Positions 57,751 through 64,000 of a stretch of DNA of 64,000 nucleotides are shown in pieces; position 1 is the first letter of the stretch; the number at the start of each line of letters is the position of its first letter. Under the pieces are notes generated by a model. That model had not been told where the DNA came from. It did no database searches and saw only the letters and a program-made list of their open reading frames with translations. A program made the position numbers and the translations under genes. Origin of the DNA: Octopus vulgaris. Its lineage: Eukaryota. Location: contig OX597817.1 in the NCBI GenBank assembly GCA_951406725.2, positions 43,462,001 through 43,526,000 on the forward strand, given 5' to 3'.

Positions 57751-60700
57751 ATGTTTAAAAGTACTGTATATATACATTCTATATATATTATGCATATACA
57801 TTTATACATATATATAGATTAGATTATATAAATACATACATAATATATATATATATATTATATAGTCAGTGTTAAACTATATCGGCTTGGTGGATTTTGG
57901 TCTGGCATTCAATGAGTGTATCTTCTGAGATGAAGACTTATCCTTATTATGCACAAGCAAACTGCTATATTCAGGTTTTAACAATGAAAATGGTGATAGT
58001 AATTTGAATATATATCAGTATATATAGCAACAATAAAATAGTTGAAGAATAACTTACTTTATTTTTTTTCTTGGTTGTAGACACTTGTTCAAGTTCTTCT
58101 TGTAAAAAGAGGACCCGTTTTGCTAATTGTTGATTTCGAAATGTTAAACTATCAACTTCTTGTTCATATTTGCGCACTGACTGGTCTTTTTCCTTAATGT
58201 TCACCTGCAACAAAAATTTATCAGTTCATAATAAATATTCTCTTCAGATATAAATGGCGTTAGGAAGGGCATCTAGCTGTAGAAATTCTTCCAGATCAAG
58301 ATATATGTGTGTGCATGTGTGTGTGTGTAAAAGTACATTGTTCAGTGAATCCTTGTTTGTAAAAATGGCAAAGTGTGATTTTAGGAAGTTTTGACCTCTA
58401 TTTCTAGCATTCTGAATGACTATGTAGAAGCTCGTTCATTGACTTCAATGAAATTTTATGAGCTGGTATCTAGATCCAGTTTCAGTGAATTAATACTGGG
58501 TTTCCTTTAGACAGCATAATGCTCTATGTATCTCAGCTAACATTCTCAAATGACCTAGTACATACCAATAGCTGACCAAAACTAAGTAAATTGAAAAAAT
58601 ATAGTACTATTAACTGCAAGCAAGGAAACAATATTTCCTTTCGCAATCATAATATACTACTAAGCATATCAAAGGTTTACAAGTCAATAGTGTTTGTGTT
58701 AGCAGTGCAATGTTCCCATTTTAAAGCTTCTCTCTACAGATTTTCTATAGAATTTAGAGCCTGCACTGAAAGTTACATTTTGTATATGAGTACGTTTATG
58801 TAAACAGTGTGACTGAAGACAGAGAAAACAGATAACAAGTGTATATGCATATTTCAAGAGTTATTGCTCTTTCATCAGAACCATATCCAGCCCATCAACT
58901 GTGCGTGAATGCATATAGTATTAGGCATACCGGATCTTTTCGGTTTGAATGGCAGTTTTTAACATAATTTCTAGGTAACTAAAAAATTTTAAACTTTGTA
59001 TACTGGTAGAATGTGTTTATAAAACATCTTTTCTCTTGGCTTTATTGAGAAAATTCTATAGTCTGAAAGATATTTGTTGTTTTTTTCTTCAATTTCTGCA
59101 ATTTCAACCAATCAGTGACGTCCATTGAGGTAAAAAAACATTCTGTGCCGTATGAATATGTCCCTCGTTTAAGAAACAGATTGGGTTTATTTACATTTGT
59201 GAAGAAAAAAAGATACCCTTCCTCCCCACTCCTAACCCTAACCTTAAAACAGATTGAAATGCAATAGATCGATACTAGGGTCATAATTATGGGTGACAAT
59301 TTCATATGACACCGCTAGAAACAACTGCCGTTCAAACCGAAAAGATCCAGTATACCACCCAAATACACAATGAAATGGATAGAGTTGATTTAAATAGCAT
59401 TGCCTTAATCTTAGCCCACAACAAGTCCCAGGGTATATATGTAAGATTGAATTCACTGGTAGAATGTGCAGGTAGCAACAGCAGCAGCTGCAGCAATAGC
59501 AAAAGTTGACTTACCTAGCCAACAAGGAGGCCTGCTAGAAATACCAGCCAAATTGTCTCAATATCACATCATCATCACCAATCTCTGGAGATTACTGTCT
59601 CAAATCCTAGGACTCATTGGACCAGTTGCTAAGTTTCTATGGTGTATAAGCGACTGGGATCACAACATTCCCCTGAAGGGGTCACCAGTCCATTACAGGA
59701 TTACTCATTTACTGTGGAGTGGACTGGAGCAACATGAAATGAAGTGTTTTGCTCAAGAACACAACACACTGCCTGGTCTGGGAATTGAAACCATGATCTT
59801 GTGATTGTGAGTGCAACACCCTAACCATTAGGCCATGTGCCTTCACCTATACCAAACTGAACCATCTTAAAAAAGGAGAGGGAGGACATGTTCGATAATC
59901 TTGTCCTGCAAAAAAATTAAAAATAAACAAAAACGAAGAGACAGGATGGTCACATCTGGAATGCCTTTGCTCATAGCTCAGGTTGCTGAAGGTTGATCTG
60001 AGGCTAATTAAAAACAACGAATGAAGATGAAGAAAGAGGAGGATGGTGATGAGAAGGTGGAAGAAGCAGGTGAAAGTGACATTTACATTGACACTTAGCT
60101 TGAACAAAGAGTAAATAAGGTTGTATGACTGCTACTGATGTCATTAATCTTGATCAACATTTCATAACAAGCTGTTTTAATTAACAGAACTAATCCATTA
60201 TTAATAAACAATAATCCTTTGCATATTGCAGTTCACCTATCATGGTTCACCTATTATGCACTCAGTACATCATGAAGTTTTAGCTAATATATGTAAATTT
60301 ATATCACGGACTCCTCAGTATATTGTAGACTCCTCAGTATATTGTGGACTCCTCAGTATATTGTGGACTCCTCAGTATATTGTGGACTCCTCAGTATATT
60401 GTGGACTCCTCAGTATATTGTAGACTCCTCGGTATATTGTGGACTCCTCAGTATATTGTGGACTCCTCAGTATATTGTGGACTCCTCAGTATATTGTGGA
60501 CTCCTCAGTATATTGTGGACTCCTCAGTATATTATGGACTCCTCAGTCTATTGTGGACTCCTCAGTATATTGTGGACTCCTCAGTATATTGTGGACTCCT
60601 CAGTAAATTGTGGACTCCTCAGTAAACTGTGGACTCCTCAGTATATTATAGACTCCTCAGTATATTGTGGACTCCTCAGTATATTGTAGACTCCTCAGTA

Positions 60701-61310
60701 TATTGTGGACTCCTCAGTATATTATAGACTCCTCAGTATATTGTGGACTCCTCAGTATATTGTGGACTCCTCAGTATATTGTAGACTCCTCAGTATATTG
60801 TGGACTCCTCAGTATATCATGGGTTTCTGTGGCCGATAGGTATTTATATTTTTTTAGATTTGAATTATTTTGGTGGGAGGTTTTGGAACATAACACCCAC
60901 GATAGTCAAGGGATTACTGCTCTGTAATGTGCTTAGTAATAATACAAATCGAAATAAAAACAAAGAAAAGCTATGAAAGCCATTAAGGCAATGAAAAGAG
61001 AAGAGAGAGATAAATTTTTGGAAGAAACAAAAGAAAAAATGTATTTTTTCTAAAATCAATCTCAATAGATCTAATTAATTTAATCTGTTCAGGCTATGTT
61101 TAATTAATACCTCATGACTTAATGAGAAAGTTACATTGATTAGGTAGATTGATCAGCTGTTGAAAACTGAGGTGGCAAGCTCTAATATCCTGTGTGCATG
61201 TTGTATGTTAACTTTTAGTGGTGGGCTTAAAACACCTTCGCCTAGGTTGATGGATGCTTCTTGCAGTACTTACTTTGTTTCACACACACACACACACATA
61301 TGCATGTGTG

Positions 61311-61342
<32 letters not shown>

Positions 61343-63548
61343 CTGAAAAAGATGAGAGGGAGAAGGCTATGTGGTAAGTAGCTTGCTTACCAACCACATG
61401 GTTCTGGGTTCATTCCCACTGCATGGCACCTTGGGCAAGTGTCTTCTACTATAGACTCGGGCAGACCAAAGCCTTGTGAGTGGATTTGGTCGATGGAAAC
61501 TGAAAGAAGCCTGTCGTATATATGTATATATATATATGTATGTGTGTGTATATGTTTGTGTGTCTGTGTTTGTCCCCCAACATCGCTTGACAACCGATGG
61601 TGGTGTGCTTACGTCCCCGTAACTTAGCGGTTTGGCTAAAGAGACTGATAGAATAAGTACTAGGCTTACAAAGAATAAGTCCAGGGGTTGATTTGCTCGA
61701 CTAAAGGTGGTGCTCCAGCATGGCCCCAGTCAAATGACTGAAACAAGTAAAAGAATAAAAGAAAGAACTTCTTCATCAACATTCAAACATGCTTTCTAAG
61801 CTGTCGCTGAGCCACTATCGACCTAGCGACTGATTAGAAGGTATGTTTGAATGTGGATGAAGAAGTGTTTCTTCTCCTTCTCCTATCTTTTTCAATATGC
61901 TGAATACCTTGGGTTACAAATTGATGTGGATAGATGAAGGTAAATATATTCTATAGTTATTATATTTTTTCTTAAAATATGGTATATACAACTGAAGATC
62001 GAAAATGTGCTTCTAAATTAAGTTAACCTATTTAAAAATTGATTTATTTAGTTTGTACATTAATCATGAGACTAGTTTTGTATTGGCCACAGTAACTAAT
62101 AAAATAGATTTCATCTATCTAGCTCGCCATACATCATTTTTGTACTAAAGAGAAAAGTTTGTTTTTATTTTATTTTTATTTTAAAAACAAACAGCCATTC
62201 AACATGTTGGAGTTTGTCTTTAACTGCTCTTTCTCCCTCTCTTTGTCTATATATCTCTCTCTATATAAACGGCAGTTTGTCTGTGCGTGTTTCTGTGTGT
62301 CTGTTTGCTTGTACCCTCACCCTGACCACGGCTTTCAACCGATTCTGATGAAACTTGACACACACATAGCCCAATGTCATAATTCAAAACTAACGCAGCG
62401 AAAATTTTGAAAAGTTCCCCCAGTTCTGAAAAAAATCGATAAATTCGACATGGGGTCGAGAATCAGAAACACAAACCGTCTAGGGGACGCAACTCCACCT
62501 TTTTTTACTCTCAAAAAAAATTTACCATCATTTTTTTCCATTTTTTGGCTATAACTCTCTAAAAATGCTTTATAGTTATTTCCCTTACAAACCTGAGCAA
62601 CGCCGGGCGATACTGCTAGTATATATATATAACTATACACATTAGATGCAGGCATGGGTGTGTGGTTACACAGCATCTTTGGAAATTGTCTTCTGCTCTA
62701 GCCCTGGACTGACCAAAGTCTTATGAGTGGAAATTGAAAAAAAACCTGTCAAATGTATGCGGGTGTGTGTGTGTGTGAGTGTGTGTGCACACATGTGTGT
62801 GTTCTTGACTTGATATCAGGTGATATTTGGAAATGGGTGAAGTTTGGTAACAAGAAGGCCATCTCGTAACAGAAAATCTACCTTGACATATTCCATCTGG
62901 TCCATACAAGCATGGAAAAATGGACAGGAAAATAAATATGATGATGATGATATATATATATATATAAGCAGAACCAAAATTGAGGTCGATCAACATCAGT
63001 GGAAATTGCAGCTGGGGTTAAGCGAACCATCCGATCGTGGTCGTTGCCGGCACCGCCCCGTCTGGCCTCCGTGCCGGTGGCACGTAAAAGCACCATTCGT
63101 TCATGTCCGTTGCCAGCCTCGCCTGGCACGTAAAAGCACCATCCACTCGTGTCCGTTGCCAGCCTCGCCTGACCCCGTGCCGGTGGCACGTAAAAGCACC
63201 ATCCGCTCATGTCTGTTGCCAGCCCCGCCTGGCCCCGTGCCGGTGGCACGTAAAAGCACCATCCGTTCATGGCCGTTTGCCAGATCTGTCTGGCACCTGT
63301 GTGGGTGGCACGTAAAAAGCACCCACTACACTCACGGAGTGGTTGGCGTTAGGAAGGGCATCCAGCCGTAGAAACACTGCCAGATCTGACTAGGCCTGAT
63401 GAAGCATGGAAAACGGATGCTAAATGATGATGATATATATATATTTAAATAGTCAATATTTTAAAAAAACAAAATTTACCTTCAACTTCTCTTGAAGTGC
63501 TTGTTCATCAACCACAGCCTTCTTCAGAACTGGAACTTGTGCTTTTAA
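19617..63548 (-). CDS. PPP1R21: Protein phosphatase 1 regulatory subunit 21 orthologue (FERRY complex scaffold), multi-exon gene span; 5' exon outside window
   Basis: 19 GT-AG exons join in frame. N-terminal [16 protein letters not shown]...[14 protein letters not shown] matches the KLRAQ motif region and C-terminal [28 protein letters not shown] matches the TTKRSYEDQ motif region of human PPP1R21 as I recall it. Confidence 0.95.
23188..23286 (-). CDS. PPP1R21: PPP1R21 exon, 99 nt, [33 protein letters not shown]
   Basis: tttcag acceptor, weak gttcgt donor, phase 0/0; RAL.KRLA.AE motif. Confidence 0.9.
23506..23943. mobile_element. piggyBac-type MITE with a second TTAA MITE nested at 23521..23733
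   Basis: TTAA|CCCTTT ... AAAGGG|TTAA termini on both outer and inner elements. Confidence 0.8.
24605..25020 (-). mobile_element. tRNA-derived SINE family 2 in tandem-dimer form (other copies: 357-527 +, 15557-15790 -, 17010-17222 +, 20485-20715 -, 22060-22290 -, 47581-47930 +, 48113-48345 -, 49374-49786 -)
   Basis: ggcggcgagctggcagaa head, B-box-like GAGTTCGAATTCC/GAGTTCAAATTCC, aataaagaaataaga tail. Confidence 0.85.
26579..26892 (+). mobile_element. tRNA-derived SINE family 3 (related heads at 18929-19230 +; deleted copy 57485-57710 -)
   Basis: ggaggcgcaatggtccagtggttagggcagcggactcgcgg...ggtttcgattcc tRNA-like head followed by a non-tRNA body. Confidence 0.75.
27400..28560 (-). mobile_element. 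Degenerate RTE-type LINE 3' part with PHD-like Cys/His finger and repetitive 3' UTR
   Basis: [25 protein letters not shown]...CGRC and KGRLYNAC....MLH.SETW.V.AED...L.RNEA.MLRWMC; continues into the repeat that elsewhere ends in (ATG)n. Confidence 0.8.
28647..28844 (-). CDS. PPP1R21: PPP1R21 exon, 198 nt, HSPSLDSR...[35 protein letters not shown]
   Basis: taacag acceptor after a pyrimidine-rich tract, gtaagt donor, phase 0/0; SRE.LIK.H...RI..LT..LQLA.SK motif. 5' boundary is less certain than 3'. Confidence 0.87.
29403..30045 (+). pseudogene. Degenerate mariner transposase 3' half
   Basis: Fragments resemble [31 protein letters not shown] (cf. HQDNAPAH), [22 protein letters not shown] (cf. 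HPPYSPDLAPSD) and KCVD.KG.YVEK; frameshifts and stops. Confidence 0.85.
33034..33177 (-). CDS. PPP1R21: PPP1R21 exon, 144 nt, [14 protein letters not shown]...EHFDSSTQ (poorly conserved linker)
   Basis: ttctag acceptor with polypyrimidine tract, gtaaca donor, phase 0/0, open frame. Confidence 0.8.
34044..34145 (-). CDS. PPP1R21: PPP1R21 exon, 102 nt, [34 protein letters not shown]
   Basis: tttcag acceptor, gtaagt donor, phase 0/0; KLEQ.KEH.MLE motif. Confidence 0.92.
34167..34750 (-). mobile_element. 5'-truncated CR1-clade LINE (end of ORF2, 3' UTR, (ATT)n tail)
   Basis: ORF 34328..34783: [22 protein letters not shown]...YFERL...TRGH..K...[14 protein letters not shown]. Confidence 0.85.
35583..36397 (+). 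mobile_element. Internally deleted piggyBac transposon retaining the C-terminal cysteine-rich domain
   Basis: TTAA duplications, about 15-bp TIRs (ccccttaatggatta / cctcttaatggatca). 35934..36119 translates [23 protein letters not shown]...[26 protein letters not shown], frameshifted from upstream [16 protein letters not shown]. Confidence 0.85.
37195..37287 (-). CDS. PPP1R21: PPP1R21 exon, 93 nt, [31 protein letters not shown]
   Basis: ttccag acceptor, gtaaat donor, phase 0/0; ESVP...NR..LLSSTES motif. Confidence 0.94.
37949..38676 (-). mobile_element. RTE-family 3' UTR fragment with internal ~62-bp tandem units and (ATG)n tail (other copies: 7590-7998 +, 9409-10110 -, 10985-11318 +, 12870-13304 +, 16184-16660 -, 39520-39945 -, 43496-43835 -, 55290-55670 -, 56145-56420 -, 63020-63433 +)
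   Basis: Shared catcatcatttaacgtccgctttccatgctagcatgggttgg end and ctggatgcccttcctaa core; contiguous with RTE coding sequence at 27400-28560. Confidence 0.75.
38716..38883 (-). CDS. PPP1R21: PPP1R21 exon, 168 nt, [12 protein letters not shown]...[14 protein letters not shown]
   Basis: acttag acceptor, gtaagt donor, phase 0/0. Confidence 0.9.
38910..39280. repeat. Degenerate GTATGACAGTGA-based tandem repeat
   Basis: Recurring (g)tatgacagtga(g/a)a units just upstream of the 38883 acceptor. Confidence 0.7.
40026..40153 (-). CDS. PPP1R21: PPP1R21 exon, 128 nt, (D)[42 protein letters not shown]
   Basis: ttccag acceptor, gtaagt donor, phase 1/0; SKH...EH.LPTA.Q.L motif. Confidence 0.93.
41661..41753 (-). 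CDS. PPP1R21: PPP1R21 exon, 93 nt, (S)[30 protein letters not shown]
   Basis: long polypyrimidine tract plus ccag acceptor, gtaagt donor, phase 1/1. Confidence 0.88.
41790..42165. repeat. Degenerate (TGTGTATGAGTGAGAG)n-type satellite; similar tract at 45165-45315
   Basis: Repeated atgagtgagagtgtgtgt units. Confidence 0.85.
42552..42688 (-). CDS. PPP1R21: PPP1R21 exon, 137 nt, (S)[18 protein letters not shown]...[11 protein letters not shown]
   Basis: taacag acceptor, gtgagt donor, phase 2/1. Confidence 0.9.
44143..44231 (-). CDS. PPP1R21: PPP1R21 exon, 89 nt, [29 protein letters not shown]
   Basis: ttgcag acceptor, gtaaga donor, phase 0/2; KLLPYQ motif. Confidence 0.9.
45834..45935 (-). 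CDS. PPP1R21: PPP1R21 exon, 102 nt, [34 protein letters not shown]
   Basis: ttctag acceptor, gtaagt donor, phase 0/0. Confidence 0.88.
46114..46517 (+). mobile_element. Full-length tRNA-derived SINE family 1 (other copies: 1720-2116 -, 11594-12495 + interrupted, 13739-14076 -, 18055-18440 -, 40838-41220 +, 42756-43050 -, 61365-61765 +)
   Basis: A box TGGCTGTGTGG, B box GGTTCAGTCCC, internal (TA)n/(TG)n, (AAAAGAGT)n tail; many similar copies in the window. Confidence 0.85.
47262..47467 (-). CDS. PPP1R21: PPP1R21 exon, 206 nt, (S)[24 protein letters not shown]...LSVINKK
   Basis: tttcag acceptor, gttgga donor, phase 1/0; YN.LN.P.H.R..Q motif. Confidence 0.9.
49939..50033 (-). CDS. PPP1R21: PPP1R21 exon, 95 nt, (I)[31 protein letters not shown]
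   Basis: ctttag acceptor, gtaagt donor, phase 2/1; LPFID resembles vertebrate VPFND. Confidence 0.9.
50831..50867 (+). ncRNA. Hammerhead ribozyme core with disrupted stem I
   Basis: CTGATGA-ac(agttac)gt-GAAA-ctcagag-TA; same stem III as 4990..5052; an inverted partial copy lies at about 50795-50823. Confidence 0.5.
52309..52472. repeat. Compound (TG)n(TATG)n(CATG)n microsatellite
   Basis: Direct inspection. Confidence 0.95.
52472..52668 (-). mobile_element. Second copy of the hammerhead-bearing microsatellite-associated element
   Basis: Reverse complement reads CTGACGAAGAGCTCCACTCAAAACGTTAAATC; abuts a (TATG)n/(CATG)n tract. Confidence 0.55.
52823..52881 (-). CDS. PPP1R21: PPP1R21 exon, 59 nt, [19 protein letters not shown]
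   Basis: tttcag acceptor, gtaagt donor, phase 0/2, which is the phase needed to join the next exon; absent from ORF track. Confidence 0.88.
53035..53511. mobile_element. Two adjacent piggyBac-type MITEs (53035..53226 and 53290..53511)
   Basis: TTAA|CCCTTTC...AGGG|TTAA termini; same family as 23521..23733. Confidence 0.8.
55871..56035 (-). CDS. PPP1R21: PPP1R21 exon, 165 nt, [11 protein letters not shown]...[11 protein letters not shown]
   Basis: ctgcag acceptor, gtgaga donor, phase 0/0; coiled-coil-like composition. Confidence 0.92.
56917..57051 (-). CDS. PPP1R21: PPP1R21 exon, 135 nt, [11 protein letters not shown]...[16 protein letters not shown]
   Basis: ttgtag acceptor, gttagt donor, phase 0/0; KIEEN.RLH motif. 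Confidence 0.9.
58058..58204 (-). CDS. PPP1R21: PPP1R21 exon, 147 nt, [31 protein letters not shown]...KKKNK
   Basis: ttgcag acceptor, gtaagt donor, phase 0/0; inside ORF 57971..58213. Confidence 0.95.
58930..59350. mobile_element. MITE with TA target duplication (Tc1/mariner-like)
   Basis: TIRs ccggatcttttcggtttgaatggcagtt / aactgccgttcaaaccgaaaagatccag, with TA on both sides. Confidence 0.8.
60308..60817. repeat. 19-bp minisatellite (GGACTCCTCAGTATATTGT), about 27 copies
   Basis: Direct periodicity; ORF track shows a 19-aa repeat equal to 3 units. Confidence 0.95.
62254..62619 (+). mobile_element. Non-autonomous Helitron-like element (related: 14737-15120; 5' part at 54491-54890)
   Basis: 5' TC...CTATATAAA, subterminal hairpin cc(t/c)gagcaacgccggg, 3' CTAG, inserted between A and T. 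Confidence 0.75.
63480..63548 (-). CDS. PPP1R21: PPP1R21 exon, 69 nt, [23 protein letters not shown]
   Basis: ttccag acceptor, gtaaat donor, phase 0/0, KLRAQ motif. Confidence 0.93.
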
Positions 63549-64000
63549 CTGGAAGATAGAGATTCAATAAATTTGGTATGTAATACATGCTATCACAAAA
63601 CACATAGTTTATACACATGTTTAAATTACTCAAAACATCATAAAACAAATAATTAAATCAATATATGTGATAACATATTTAACATTTATAATATATTTAT
63701 ATGCTGGAAACATATTTAGTTTTGAGGGTCTGACAGAAGTATTTGTTATCGAACCTTATGACATGCTGAAATATAAAATACTCCAAAAGTATTCTACAGC
63801 AAGACCTAGTAGAGAGAACATGTCATTGATGAAGTCGTGAACGGCAACAGAAGGACTTTGGCAAACCTAGACAATTGATTAATTGACCAAACAATCAATT
63901 AATTAATTGGTTGAATGATTAATCAATTTAAATAAAAATAAAGAAGTGAAGCAGAACCAGTGTATGTGTGTTTATTATTGGCATACTGATTCAAGACATG

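Noticed and set aside
59233-59246. Telomere-like taaccctaacc
   Set aside because: Only about two units, internal to a MITE
60308-60817. CRISPR array or repeat protein
   Set aside because: Head-to-tail units with no spacers, no cas genes, eukaryotic intron; sporadic TAG variants break the frames

Overview
AT-rich, microsatellite- and SINE-dense animal genomic DNA. The repeat families and composition point to an octopus (coleoid cephalopod); this is an inference. The window holds most of one minus-strand spliced gene, the PPP1R21 (KLRAQ1/CCDC128, FERRY complex scaffold) orthologue. I traced 19 phase-consistent GT-AG exons by hand (63548 down to 19617, 2367 nt = 789 codons). The first coding exon lies upstream of the window and the terminal exon is only tentatively placed. 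Introns and the downstream flank contain tRNA-derived SINEs, truncated RTE- and CR1-type LINE ends, a mariner remnant, piggyBac and other MITEs, non-autonomous Helitrons, a solo LTR and a 19-bp minisatellite. Almost all ORF-track entries are repeat artefacts. The most interesting signals are: (1) minimal type I hammerhead ribozyme motifs in small microsatellite-associated elements; (2) a possible UGA-interrupted, frame-preserving C-terminal extension of PPP1R21; (3) an exon frame that runs in-frame into a LINE-derived PHD-like finger; (4) a duplicated coding motif with mostly synonymous differences; (5) a near-perfect 188-bp hairpin. None is proven novel without database or RNA evidence.
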